A DNA stretch of 63,986 bases, the filler included, from an uncultured bacterium (GTDB lineage: Bacteria; DAOPZR01), in assembly GCA_964637655.1 (NCBI GenBank). It is 5 parts of 5 records of this genome, joined end to end, with 100 filler letters (N's around TTAATTAATTAA, not from the genome) between each part and the next. Parts side by side here need not be neighbours in the genome. Positions count along the whole stretch, not along the records: positions 1 to 13,416 come from CAZWUZ010000082.1; positions 13,517 to 26,890 come from CAZWUZ010000083.1; 3 more parts are not named here. One strand, 5' to 3'. Every line of letters starts with the position of its first letter. Within the stretch, counting starts at the first letter, position 1. Under the pieces are notes generated by a model, which saw only the letters and a program-made list of their open reading frames with translations, was not told the origin of the DNA and made no database searches. A program made the translations under genes and the position numbers. Positions 9,612-19,753 of this stretch are shown here, one piece after another.

Positions 9612-10706
9612 ATGAAGGTACTGCGCGTTATCGCCAATTTCTTCCCGCAGTATTCGGGACCGGCGTTTCAGGTGGCGACGATCAGCCGCGAACTGACCGC
9701 ACACGGGATCAAATCGGTGATTCTGACCGCGACCGCGGCGGACGCGTGTCCGGCAGTGCCCGGCACGACCGACGGGTTGACCATCGTGCGCGGCGGTGCG
9801 GAACTGCTGCCAGCGACGCTGGCGTCAGAACGTCCGGATGCGGTGCATGTGCACGGACTGCGCAGCGGGCTGGTCGCGGCGGCAGTGCGCGCGGCGCGGC
9901 GCCGCGGCGTGCCGGTGGTGGCGACGCCGCACGGGTCGCTCGGCGGCTACCGGCGAATCATCGGCAGCGCCTGGCGCCAACTGCCGTTCCGCCTGCATGA
10001 CCGGCTGCTGCTGCCGCGGGTGTTGCGCGGCCTCGACCTGCTGATCGTCAACTCGCTGGTGGAAGCCGAAGAAGCGACGGCATACGGGCTTGGCGCGCGC
10101 ACGGAAGTCATCCCGATCGGGGTGGCGGCCGCCTGCAGTGCGCAGCGGGGAGCGGGGAATACGGACAGCACGCTGCGCCTGCTGACCGCAGGGCGGTTTA
10201 CCGAAAACCGCGACCTGAACCGTTTGTGCGCACTGCTCGGGGAGCCCGAGGGGTGGCAACTGCGCGCGGTCGGCGGGCAGGTGAAGAACAGCCGGTTCGG
10301 ACGAGCGGCGGCTACGCTGCCGGACGGCGCGCTGACCTGTGCGGGCGAGAAGTTCGGCAGCGATCTTGATGCGGAGTATGCGGCTGCCGACGTCTTTATC
10401 TATCATGCCCGCTACGAGAGTTTCGGCCAGACCATCCTGCAGGCGGCGGCGGCGGGACTGCCCCTGCTGGTGTCGGCGGTCGGTGTCGCCCGCGAACTGG
10501 TCATCCCCGGCGAAACGGGATATTTCCTGACGGACGATGCGGCGGAGAACCGGCGCCACCTGATGCAGTTGCGCGATCCGGAACGGCGCGCGGCGATGGG
10601 GCAACGATTGCAGGAGCTGGTACGGACGCGCTACGTGTGGGAGAAGATCATCCCGGCGTACGCGGCATGCTACCGGCGGCTGCGGCGGGATACAAGCCGA
10701 TGCTAA
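9612..10706 (+). CDS. Glycosyltransferase family 4
   Basis: VHVHG, VATPHG, ADVFI...YESFGQTILQAAAAG. Confidence 0.85.
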   Translation: MKVLRVIANFFPQYSGPAFQVATISRELTAHGIKSVILTATAADACPAVPGTTDGLTIVRGGAELLPATLASERPDAVHVHGLRSGLVAAAVRAARRRGVPVVATPHGSLGGYRRIIGSAWRQLPFRLHDRLLLPRVLRGLDLLIVNSLVEAEEATAYGLGARTEVIPIGVAAACSAQRGAGNTDSTLRLLTAGRFTENRDLNRLCALLGEPEGWQLRAVGGQVKNSRFGRAAATLPDGALTCAGEKFGSDLDAEYAAADVFIYHARYESFGQTILQAAAAGLPLLVSAVGVARELVIPGETGYFLTDDAAENRRHLMQLRDPERRAAMGQRLQELVRTRYVWEKIIPAYAACYRRLRRDTSRC

Positions 10707-12400
10707 CGGGCACGACTGTGGTTGAGCGCATTGCGTTTGCCGATGTGGCGGACGTGCGCGAGCGGACGGCAGTGCAGTTCCGGATCGGGCCGGCGCAGCA
10801 GCATCGCGATTATACGTTTGGTGAACTGCAGGAGTTGGTCGCACGCCGGGCGGCGTCGCTGGCCGCCGCTGGCTGCCGGTCGGGTGAGCGGCTGGCCCTG
10901 CTGATGCCGCATGGCGAGCGACTGGTGACGACCTTTTTCAGCGCCCTGTACAGCGGGCTGGTCCCCTCGATTATTGCCTGGCCGACCACGAAGATGGATG
11001 CCGACAAGTACCGGCGCAATGTGCTTGCGGTGGTCAAGGGGCTGGCGGCCGACTGGGTCGTAACGGACGCAGCTACGGCAGCGACCCTCGGTGAAGCCAT
11101 CGGCGGTGCGCGGATCGTCGATCCCGGCAGTATCGATGAGACAACGTCCATCCTGCCGCCGCAACCGCGCGGTGAAGGGCTGGCGTTCATCCAGTTTTCC
11201 GGCGGCACGACCGGCACGCAGAAGTCGGTACCGATCTCCTACGCGCTGCTGGCACGCCAGCTCGAGGCCTATGCCGGTACGCTGCGCATCGTTCCGGCTG
11301 ACCACATCATTTCGTGGCTGCCGCTCTACCATGACATGGGGCTGGTCGCCTGCCTGCTCCTGCCGTTCGTCTGCCGCATCCCGGTGACATTGTTCGCGCC
11401 GATGGAATGGGTGATGGACCCGCGGCCGTTCCTGCACGCCATCAGCAGTGAGCGCGCGACGCTCTGCTGGCTGCCGAACTTCGCTTTCTCGTTCCTGGCC
11501 AACCGCGCGCGGGTGGAACCGGACACCGATCTTTCTTCGCTGCGCGCGGTGATCAACTGCTCGGAACCGGTGCGGGTCGAATCAATGGACCGTTTTTGTG
11601 ACCGATTCGCGCCGCACGGACTGCGGCCTGATTCGCTGCATACCTGCTACGCCATGGCCGAGACGACCTTCGCGGTTACGCAAACGACAGTGTCCGACCC
11701 GCCGCGGCGACTGCGCATCTCGCGCGCGGAGCTGGGGTGCGGACGGATCGTTGTCCAGGAACATTCGCCGCACAGTATCGCTTCGTGCGGAACGCCGATT
11801 CCCGGCATGGCCGTGCGGATTGTCGACGAGCAGGGAGCGGAGCGGGCCAGCGGCGACATCGGCGAGATCTGGCTGCGCGGCACCTCGGTCATGGACCATT
11901 ACCTCGACGCTCCGGGGCGGCCGCACCGCGACGCGGTGTTCACTGACGGTTGGTACCGCACCGGCGATCTCGGTGCCGTGCTCGACGGTCATCTGTACAT
12001 CACCGGGCGGAAGAAGGACGTCGTCATTGTCGGCGGCGTGAACATCTATCCCGAGGACCTCGAAGCCGCGGTGAGCGAGATACCCGGCATACATGCCGGA
12101 CGCGTCGTGGCGCTGGGAATTGACAGCGAGGAGAACGGCACGGAACAGCTGGTCCTGGTCGCCGAGGCGGACAGCGCAGAGCAGGCGGGGGCAGGGGTGC
12201 TGGAAGCCGAGGTGCGCCGCACGGTCGCCGGACTCTGCGGCGTCGCCCCGTTCCGCGTCTTTATCGTGCCGCCGCGCTGGATCGTGAAGAGCACTGCCGG
12301 CAAGATCTCGCGCCGGGAAACTGCCGCGCGGGTGCGCGAACGACGGGACGCATTGGAACGCGGAGAATACATTGACGCTACCGGAGAACAGAGACCATGA
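10700..12400 (+). CDS. Fatty acyl-AMP ligase-like AMP-binding enzyme
   Basis: FIQFSGGTTGTQK, SWLPLYHDMGL, CYAMAE, YRTGDLG, GRKKD, KSTAGK. Confidence 0.85.
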   Translation: MLTGTTVVERIAFADVADVRERTAVQFRIGPAQQHRDYTFGELQELVARRAASLAAAGCRSGERLALLMPHGERLVTTFFSALYSGLVPSIIAWPTTKMDADKYRRNVLAVVKGLAADWVVTDAATAATLGEAIGGARIVDPGSIDETTSILPPQPRGEGLAFIQFSGGTTGTQKSVPISYALLARQLEAYAGTLRIVPADHIISWLPLYHDMGLVACLLLPFVCRIPVTLFAPMEWVMDPRPFLHAISSERATLCWLPNFAFSFLANRARVEPDTDLSSLRAVINCSEPVRVESMDRFCDRFAPHGLRPDSLHTCYAMAETTFAVTQTTVSDPPRRLRISRAELGCGRIVVQEHSPHSIASCGTPIPGMAVRIVDEQGAERASGDIGEIWLRGTSVMDHYLDAPGRPHRDAVFTDGWYRTGDLGAVLDGHLYITGRKKDVVIVGGVNIYPEDLEAAVSEIPGIHAGRVVALGIDSEENGTEQLVLVAEADSAEQAGAGVLEAEVRRTVAGLCGVAPFRVFIVPPRWIVKSTAGKISRRETAARVRERRDALERGEYIDATGEQRP

Positions 12401-12648
12401 ATGATGCCGACAACGCCGCGACCCTGGCCGCAATCAGGGCGATCGTCACCCGCCACCTGAACCGGCGCGGCGAACCGGACGATGACACCCCGCTGATTTC
12501 CGGCGGGCTGATCGATTCCATGAAACTGATCGACCTTATCCTCGAACTGGAAGAGGCCCTGGGCGTGCGCATCCCGGCCAGCGAAGTTCAGCCGGACGAT
12601 TTCGATTCGATCCGCCGGATCGGAGAGACGCTTGCCCGCTTCCGCTGA
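12397..12648 (+). CDS. Acyl carrier protein
   Basis: LIDSM phosphopantetheine site; acidic, 83 aa; ATGA overlap with the ligase. Confidence 0.9.
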   Translation: MNDADNAATLAAIRAIVTRHLNRRGEPDDDTPLISGGLIDSMKLIDLILELEEALGVRIPASEVQPDDFDSIRRIGETLARFR

Positions 12649-12661
12649 ACCGGAGCAGCGC

Positions 12662-13416
12662 ATGCACCCGGGCGGAGCAGCGGCGCCGGGAATGCTGTCA
12701 CGCGGCCGGCTCATCGCACTCGCGGGGGCGACCCTGCTCGGGATCGGCCTGCTGGGCGCGACGGATCCACTTGCCCGGGTGCATGCCCTGCTGACCGACC
12801 GCGGTGCGACCATGCGCCTGCAGCCGGCAGCAGAAGACCCGCGCACGCGCGACACGGCCCATGGCGAAAACCTGCTCGCGGCAGTTGCTGCCGTGCCGGC
12901 ACCGGGCACGACGCAGCGTATCGTGGTGATCGGCAATTCCCAGCAGTACTCGGCTTCGCTCCCGCGCGGCGCCCGGCCGGATGCGGCGCGGCGGGTCCGG
13001 TTGACGAGCGATCTTTTCGCCGGGCGGCTGGAAGCGGCAGCCGCCGGACAGTTTTCCGTCTACAACGCCTCAGCGCCCAACCAGACGCTGGTCGAAGCAT
13101 TGTGGCAGGGGCTCTACTGGTTTCGCGTGGCTCCGGCCGCGCCCGACGTCCTGCTGCTCCAGGCCAGTTTCGACATGTTTCGCCAGACCGGCATCAGGCC
13201 GGGCTTTCAGACCCTGCTCGCCGAGCCTGCGTTCGTCAGTGCTCTCGATGCCTGGCTGGCGGAAATGCCCGGGCGTCCCTACGCCGGCGACATTGCCGCC
13301 GCGCGGCGCGCGTTCGCGGAACGTCGTGCGGCAGGCACGGACGGGCAGGAGGCGGGGCTGGAAGCGAAATTGCGCGGGACGCTTGCCCTGCTGCCGCTCT
13401 ACAGCCGGCGCGGCCA
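12662..13416 (+). CDS. Membrane-anchored SGNH-like protein, 3'-partial
   Basis: Hydrophobic N-terminus, then VVIGNSQ (GxS block I-like) and VYNAS; truncated by the linker. Confidence 0.45.
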
Positions 13417-13516
13417 NNNNNNNNNNNNNNNNNNNNNNNNNNNNNNNNNNNNNNNNNNNNTTAATTAATTAANNNNNNNNNNNNNNNNNNNNNNNNNNNN
13501 NNNNNNNNNNNNNNNN
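13417..13516. other. Artificial contig linker
   Basis: N run around the six-frame stop TTAATTAATTAA. Confidence 0.99.
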
Positions 13517-14490
13517 GCGGCGGTGTCGTTGATGCGCTCCGGGGTGAAGGCGGCGACGAGGTCGGCGCGCGTGAAGAACTGCGTGCTGGCGCTGTCCGAC
13601 CACCCGAACAGCGTGAGCGCGTTGATGAACGCGTCGGGGAGGAACCCGAGTTCGCGATACGCCTGCACCGACGTTTCCCCGTGCCGCTTGGACAGTTTCG
13701 CCTTGTCCCGGCCGAGAATGAGCGGGATATGCCCGTAGCGCGGCGGCGCGACCCCGAGCGCCGCGAACAGGGCCAGCTGGCGCGGGGTATTGCTGAGATG
13801 GTCATCGCCGCGCAGCACGTGGGTGATGCCCATGGTCACGTCGTCCACCACCACGGTGAAATGGAACATCGGCGTGTCGTCGCTGCGCCAGATGATGAAA
13901 TCGTCGAAGCGCGAGTAATCGTACGGCACGTCACCGTGGATGAGGTCGTGCATCACGCCCGCGCCCGCCGGCAGTTTCAGCCGCCACACCGCCTTCTCGC
14001 CGCGCGCCAGGCGCGCCTGCACTTCGTCCGCGGCAAGGTTCCGGCACGTGCCGGGATAGAGGAAGCCCTTGCTGACATGCGCGTCGCGCGTCTTGTCGCT
14101 CGCTGTGCTCGCCGCGTCATGCGCTGCGCGCGCCGCGTCCAGCTGTTCCTTCGTGCAGAAACAGGGATAGATCTTCCCCTGCGCCGCCAGCGCGTCCTTC
14201 TTCTCCCGGTAGATGTGCGTGCGCTGCGACTGCAGGTAGGGGGCGCAGGGGCCGCCCGTGTCGGGTCCCTCGTCCCAGTCGAGCCCCATCCAGCGCAACC
14301 CGTCGATGATCGCCTGCGTATGCTCGGGCAGCGACCGTTCGCGGTCGGTATCCTCGATGCGCAGGATGAACGTCCCGCCCTCATGCCGCGCCCACAGCCA
14401 GTTGAAGAGCGCCGTGCGCGCCCCCCCGAGATGCAGGTACCCCGTCGGTGACGGGGCGAACCGCACCCTGATCTTTTCCACTGTCATCAT
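13517..14490 (-). CDS. gltX: Glutamate--tRNA ligase, 3'-partial
   Basis: RVRFAPSPTGYLHLGGARTALFNW, LRIEDTD, KLSKRHG. Confidence 0.97.
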
Positions 14491-14522
14491 CCTTCTCCCT
14501 TCATCCCCGGACAACTGCTTGC

Positions 14523-14687
14523 ACCACAGAGCACACAGAGCGCCACCGCTGCACACCATGATGACCTGTCCCGCCGGTGCCGGGACGACGTCGTATCCCG
14601 CTTCATCGCGGCTTCGCCGCGGCCTCTATTCCCCACTCCCGCTGCATTTCTCCCGTCTTTCTCTGCGTGCTCTGTGTGTTCTGTGGT
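14523..14687. repeat. Intergenic REP/MITE-like element bounded by 18-bp inverted repeats
   Basis: ACCACAGAGCACACAGAG (14523-14540) versus CTCTGTGTGTTCTGTGGT (14670-14687), one mismatch; internal hairpins. Confidence 0.6.
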
Positions 14688-14721
14688 AAAAACGCTTCAT
14701 ACTTTTGCTGGATGACCTGTA

Positions 14722-15471
14722 CTATGGCTGCCCGGCGGGAAGTTCGCGGCGGCGGAACGAGTCGGGAATGCGCAGCGGCGCGAACTGCACGTCCGCATCA
14801 CGCTGCACCTGCAGCACTTCGCCCTCCAGCCGCAGTTGCGGCGCGCTCACGACAAACGTGCGCGGCACGCGCGTTGCCGGGTCGGCTTCACCGACCGTCA
14901 GTTCCCCGACCGTCTCCTCCCCTTCGCAGAAGAGCACCGCCGCCAGGCCGCGTCCCGCAGCGGCCTCGAGCAGGAAATGCCGGCCAGTCGCGTCGCCCCA
15001 GGTCCCGGTCCACGTGTCACCCGCCCGTTCCCACACTGTTTCGCGCATCAGGTCCGGGTCAACGAGCGGGAAGAGCCGCCAGAGTTCCGTCCAGCCGCGG
15101 AACTGCGCCGGCAGTTCGCTGCGCGCCGCCGCGACATACGTCTGATGCGGGTAATCGAGCAGCACCACCGTGTCGGCATCCGCGCGCAGCACGAACATCG
15201 TCAGCCCGAGCGGTCCGTTCACCTCGAGCGCCACCGAGTCGGGATAGGCGAGCGCCAGCGCCCCCAGCGCGGTGAAGCGCTGGTCGCCCGCGGTCAGGCG
15301 CAGCTTGAGGCGCGCGGTCAGCGTCGCCGGGAGCGTGTCGGCAAGAAACTCGCGCGGGTGCGCTTCCGGCGCCACCACCGCCGCCGGCGTGTCGGTGGCC
15401 ACCGCGGAAGCAGTCGTCTGGCAGGCCGCCAGCAGCAACAACGGCAGGAGCAGCAGGCAGCGCGGGTTCAC
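14722..15471 (-). CDS. Lipoprotein, possibly LolB-like fold
   Basis: Signal peptide II with lipobox LLLAAC; beta-rich body with LEVNGPLG; GTGA overlap with the upstream gene. Confidence 0.55.
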   Translation of the reverse strand: MNPRCLLLLPLLLLAACQTTASAVATDTPAAVVAPEAHPREFLADTLPATLTARLKLRLTAGDQRFTALGALALAYPDSVALEVNGPLGLTMFVLRADADTVVLLDYPHQTYVAAARSELPAQFRGWTELWRLFPLVDPDLMRETVWERAGDTWTGTWGDATGRHFLLEAAAGRGLAAVLFCEGEETVGELTVGEADPATRVPRTFVVSAPQLRLEGEVLQVQRDADVQFAPLRIPDSFRRRELPAGQP

Positions 15472-17153
15472 CGGATGTACCATTCGTCGAGGTTGTGCGT
15501 CAGCGAGAAGGGGGCGGGCCGCACGCCGCCGACGCGGTTGCGCACCGCGTAGATACTCTCGGGGACCACGGTGTAGATCATCGGCACCTGCTCCGCCGAG
15601 ATTTCCTGCCAGCGCCAGTAGAGCGCCTTGCGCTTCGCCGGGTCGAGTTCCTGCACGGCACGATCGAAGATGCTGTCGATTTCCGCCTCCCAGTCGGTCG
15701 CCGGACGCGCCTGCCGCGGCTGCCACATGTGCAGTTGCCCGCTCGAGTGCCAGACATTGCGCCCGTTGTGCGGGTCGAGTGTCCCGGTCAGCCCCATGAT
15801 GCACGCCTCCCAGCCGCTGCCGCTGTCGAGGTTGCTGATCAGCGCATTGAACTGCATCGGGGTGAAGGTAACGTCAAACCCCAGCTTTTTCAAGTCGTCG
15901 CCGATGATGGCGCCCGCCGCCACGCGCTGGCTGCTCTCGCTGTTGGTGACGAGGGTGAACTTGATGCGGTTGCCCCGCTCATCCTCGCGGATGCCGTCGC
16001 CGTTGCGGTCGCGATACCCCGCCTCGTCGAGCAGTGCTCCCGCCTTCGCCAGATCGTACTCGTATCTCGTCACGTTCGGGTTGTGGAAGTTCACCAGCCC
16101 GGGGCTCACGTCACTCCATGCCGGCTGTGCCAGCCCGTGGAAGATGTTGCGCACCATCGTCGCGCGGTCGACCGCATGTGCCACCGCGCGACGGAAACGC
16201 ACATCGCGGAACCATGTCCGCTGCGGCTCGGGACAGCCGCGCGGATCCTGGTTGAAGAAGACAAAGAGCGACGACAGCGTCGGGCCCGGACGGTGCAGCG
16301 TATAGCCGCCCGCCTCCGCCCCCGCCTGCAGGCCGGCGTAATCCTCGCCGCGCACGCCGATATAGTCGAGTTCGCCCGCCTTGAATTTCAGCAGTTCGCT
16401 GTTCTGGTCGGGAATGACCGTCATGACGATGCGCGCGAGTTTCGGGAAGGTGTCTCCGTTTTCCCCGTTGCGCCAGTAGTAGGGGTTGCGCTCGACCACC
16501 ACCTTCTGGCCGGGCACCAGTTCCTTCAGGCGGAACATCCCCGCGCCGACAAGTTGTGCCGGCGGAGTATTCACCCCCCACGTCTCGTTGAATTTGCCGG
16601 CGGCCAGCGCCGGGCGCAGGATGTGTTCGGGCAGGATTTCCAGGCCCGCCGTGCTCAGCAGGAAGGGCGCGTAGGGTGCCGCCAGCGTGAAGACCACCGT
16701 GCGTGAGTCAGGGGCAGTCACGCGGAACGGCTTGCCGTTCACCTGCAGGATATCGCGTGAACTCGTCGGGATGTCCGGGTTGTAGATCAGGTCGTTGAAC
16801 GTAAACACCACGTCCGCCGCGGTCAGCGGCTGCCCGTCGTTCCACCGCAGGTTCTCCCGCAGCCGGAAAGTCCAGACCGTGCCGCTGTTGTCATGCTGCC
16901 ACGATTCCGCCAGCGCCGGCTTGACCTCCAGCGACGGCATCTCGACCCGCGTCAGCCCCTCCATGAGCAGGTTGGTGACGTCGGTCGTCGAGGTCTCCTT
17001 GGCGATGACCGGGTTGAGCGATTTCGGGTCGCCCAGCAGGGCGATGTAGAGCACCTGCTGGTCCGCGGTCGGCCGCGGGGGCGGGGCACAGGCGGCAGCC
17101 GCCGCGAGCACCGCAAGGATGGCACAGAGCAGCAGGCGTCGGGAACAGGTCAT
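15468..17153 (-). CDS. ABC transporter substrate-binding lipoprotein, family 5 (peptide/nickel)
   Basis: DPKSLNP, WTFRLR-NLRWNDGQPLTAADVVFT, RNPYYW, FRRAVAHAVDR; lipobox. Confidence 0.93.
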   Translation of the reverse strand: MTCSRRLLLCAILAVLAAAAACAPPPRPTADQQVLYIALLGDPKSLNPVIAKETSTTDVTNLLMEGLTRVEMPSLEVKPALAESWQHDNSGTVWTFRLRENLRWNDGQPLTAADVVFTFNDLIYNPDIPTSSRDILQVNGKPFRVTAPDSRTVVFTLAAPYAPFLLSTAGLEILPEHILRPALAAGKFNETWGVNTPPAQLVGAGMFRLKELVPGQKVVVERNPYYWRNGENGDTFPKLARIVMTVIPDQNSELLKFKAGELDYIGVRGEDYAGLQAGAEAGGYTLHRPGPTLSSLFVFFNQDPRGCPEPQRTWFRDVRFRRAVAHAVDRATMVRNIFHGLAQPAWSDVSPGLVNFHNPNVTRYEYDLAKAGALLDEAGYRDRNGDGIREDERGNRIKFTLVTNSESSQRVAAGAIIGDDLKKLGFDVTFTPMQFNALISNLDSGSGWEACIMGLTGTLDPHNGRNVWHSSGQLHMWQPRQARPATDWEAEIDSIFDRAVQELDPAKRKALYWRWQEISAEQVPMIYTVVPESIYAVRNRVGGVRPAPFSLTHNLDEWYIR

Positions 17154-17174
17154 CAGGATTTCCTCCGTCGGGGG

Positions 17175-17203
17175 AGCATACCACCCCCCGTCGCTGCCGT
17201 CAA
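17175..17203 (-). promoter_or_regulatory. sigma70-type promoter
   Basis: TTGACG-17-TATGCT with extended -10 TG, upstream of the binding-protein SD (GGAGG). Confidence 0.6.
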
Positions 17204-18198
17204 CGCGCAGACAGTGCCGCGCGGCGGAACGGATGCAGGTAGTAGGCCCAGAGCCCGGCGACCTCGCGCAGCACCTGGTAGGGGAGGCGGCCGTCGATGA
17301 TGCTGTCCGCCGCCGGCACGGTGTAGACCGTGAGCCCGGCCTGCTGGCCGGCCAGCTTGATGCGCGGCAGATGGTACCAGTTGCTCACGGCAAGGACCGC
17401 ACGCCAGCCACTGGTGCGGGCGGCGGCCGCGCTGTTGGCCACTGTCGCGGCGCTGTTCATGCCGGCCGTATCGAGAATGATGGCCGTATCCGGGACGCCC
17501 GCTGCCAGCGCGGCACGGCGCATGCTCTCCGGTTCCGACACCGCGCCTTCGCCCGGGCCGCCGGAAAAGAACAGCCGCGGCGCCAGTCCCTGCCGGTAGA
17601 GCGCGATACCCGTCAAAGTGCGGTCGCGCAGCACCGGCGACATGGTGCCGTTGGCGTAGGTGCGCGCCCCGAACACGACGATGGCATCAGCCGGGCGCCG
17701 GTAATCAGTACTGCCGAAAAGCAGCACCTGCCCGAGCGGGAACAGGAAGAGCCCGCAGGCGACGAGGAAGGCGATGCGGGCCCGTTCTCTCCCGCCGCCC
17801 GGCGGCGGCGCGTTCCGCCATAATGCCGCCAGCGGCACGCCGAGTGCCAGCGCAAAGAGCAGCGACAACGGCAGCGGGCAGTGCGTAGCGATGGCCCCGG
17901 ACGCCAGCAGTCCGTAATACTGGATGGCGTTCAGCACTGTCACCAGCACCAGCACCGCCAGCAGGGTCATGGTCGCCACCCGGCGCCGGCGGCTGCACGC
18001 AGGACGCAGGGCATAGGCGCCCGGCAGCAGCACCGTGAGCAGCAGCAGCACCCGCGCCGGCAAGGGCGCCAGCCAGTGCAGGTCGATCCACCAGATATTC
18101 GCATCGAAGCCCGGCGTGAATATCAGGCCGAGCAGATTGAGCAGCGAGAAACCGGCAAAGAACCACGCGATGGCGCGCGCCAGCGTCGGCAGCGTCAC
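17200..18198 (-). CDS. YdcF/DUF218 protein with N-terminal membrane domain
   Basis: Several TM helices, then ADAIVVFGA, FSGG, VSNWYHLPR, REVAG. Confidence 0.85.
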   Translation of the reverse strand: MTLPTLARAIAWFFAGFSLLNLLGLIFTPGFDANIWWIDLHWLAPLPARVLLLLTVLLPGAYALRPACSRRRRVATMTLLAVLVLVTVLNAIQYYGLLASGAIATHCPLPLSLLFALALGVPLAALWRNAPPPGGGRERARIAFLVACGLFLFPLGQVLLFGSTDYRRPADAIVVFGARTYANGTMSPVLRDRTLTGIALYRQGLAPRLFFSGGPGEGAVSEPESMRRAALAAGVPDTAIILDTAGMNSAATVANSAAAARTSGWRAVLAVSNWYHLPRIKLAGQQAGLTVYTVPAADSIIDGRLPYQVLREVAGLWAYYLHPFRRAALSAR

Positions 18199-19133
18199 GC
18201 CCGCACTCCACACACGTCGCAGATCAGCGGATACAGGTCGGTCAGCCGCCGCACGCGCGCCGCCAGCGCCGCCGCGCGCGGCCCCCAGATGACCGTCGGC
18301 ACGGGATTCGTCGTATGCTGCGCTGAGCGCCCCTCCTCGAGATTGCCGTGGTCGCTGGCGAGGATGACCGTCGCGCCCGCGGGGAGCGCCTGCGCCAGCA
18401 GGCCGGCAAGAAAGCGGTCGAGGTCGCGCACGTGGCGCGTCGACGCGGCGAAATCGCCCGCGTGCCCGTGACGGTCGGTGAGAAAATGCTCGTAGAGAGT
18501 AAAATCGAGGGCACGGGCGCAGCGCCAGAGGTTGCCTCCCGCCGTCGCGGGCAGCAGCAGCGGCACGCGTGCGCCCAGTTCGCGCAGGGCGCGGTTGGTG
18601 AAATCGTGGAACACCGCCTGCCCCGCGCGCAGTTCCCGCAGACCGCGGAATCGCTGGCCTGCTGCCAGTGCCGCGGTGGTCGTCACCGAGATACGCTGCA
18701 GCAATGCGCGCGGCACGTCCGCCGCCGCATGCAGCCGCCCGTCCGGTAACAACCGCACCATGCCCGCGTTGAGCGGTACACTCCAGCGCACGTAGGCATT
18801 GACAAATTCCGCGCGCCGTCCCTGCCGCCGCAGCGTCAGCAGCAGGTTGCGCCGCGCGATACGGCGGCGCAGCGAGGCGTGCGGGAAGCCGACGCAGTGC
18901 GTGCCCATGAGGCGCGGAGCGTTGTAGCCGGTGAGCAGCGCGGTCTGTCCCGTTGCGCTCTGCGGGATGCCGCCGACCCCGAGCCGGGCATCCGTCGCCG
19001 CCACGCAGCCGTCGAGGTAGACCCGGGTATCGCCGGCAACCGGGATAAGCCGCGCGCGCGCCGCCGCCACGGGATTGACCTGCGGATCGTCCGCGCCCAG
19101 TCCCAGCCCGTCAACAAAAACCATGATGACCAT
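18195..19133 (-). CDS. Alkaline-phosphatase-superfamily metalloenzyme (iPGM/phosphopentomutase-like)
   Basis: FVDGLG, PQSATGQT, TDRHGH, SDHGN, HTTNPVP. Confidence 0.8.
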   Translation of the reverse strand: MVIMVFVDGLGLGADDPQVNPVAAARARLIPVAGDTRVYLDGCVAATDARLGVGGIPQSATGQTALLTGYNAPRLMGTHCVGFPHASLRRRIARRNLLLTLRRQGRRAEFVNAYVRWSVPLNAGMVRLLPDGRLHAAADVPRALLQRISVTTTAALAAGQRFRGLRELRAGQAVFHDFTNRALRELGARVPLLLPATAGGNLWRCARALDFTLYEHFLTDRHGHAGDFAASTRHVRDLDRFLAGLLAQALPAGATVILASDHGNLEEGRSAQHTTNPVPTVIWGPRAAALAARVRRLTDLYPLICDVCGVRA

Positions 19134-19170
19134 GGCGCTGCCGGCCGTATTCCGACCCACCGGACGGCCC

Positions 19171-19749
19171 TTATCGTCTGCCCGCAGTCATGATGCTCTG
19201 CTGCGTGCCGCTTTCCATCTCGAGCGTTACCCGGACATCGGCGAGCGGGTACGCCTCACGCACCTGCTCGCGCAGCTGCGCTGCCAGCATGTCGAATTCG
19301 CTTTCCGGCAACACCCGTCGCGCACTCAATTCGATTACCACCGTCTTGAATTCTGCGGCAGAACCCACGTGGTATACGCGTTCGAGCCGCACTCCGGATG
19401 CCGGTGCACGCAAACGCGGAACACGCTCCCGCGCTTCCGCGGTCAGATCCAGCGGGGGAAACAGGCGTATCGCCGGTTCTGGCGCAACGTGCAGCGGCAG
19501 GGTCAGTGGCTCCCTGCCCGCCAGACAGATGTCCAGCCGGTGTGCGCCGGCGGCAAGCGCTATACCGGCGGTATCCGTAACCGGCACTCCGTCGCAGTAG
19601 ATAGTGAGTGCCGGGACCGCCGCTTCGCGCAGAGCGAACCAGCACGCCGTGCCGCCCAGCACGATTGCACAGCACAGGAGAAGCGCGTTCAGCGAACGGC
19701 GGGCCGGCGGCAATGCCGCTGCCGGTGCCGAGTCCGCCGGGCAACGCAT
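19171..19749 (-). CDS. Hypothetical membrane-anchored protein
   Basis: Fills the gap between metG and the metalloenzyme gene; one TM segment. Confidence 0.55.
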   Translation of the reverse strand: MRCPADSAPAAALPPARRSLNALLLCCAIVLGGTACWFALREAAVPALTIYCDGVPVTDTAGIALAAGAHRLDICLAGREPLTLPLHVAPEPAIRLFPPLDLTAEARERVPRLRAPASGVRLERVYHVGSAAEFKTVVIELSARRVLPESEFDMLAAQLREQVREAYPLADVRVTLEMESGTQQSIMTAGRR

Positions 19750-19753
19750 GTGT

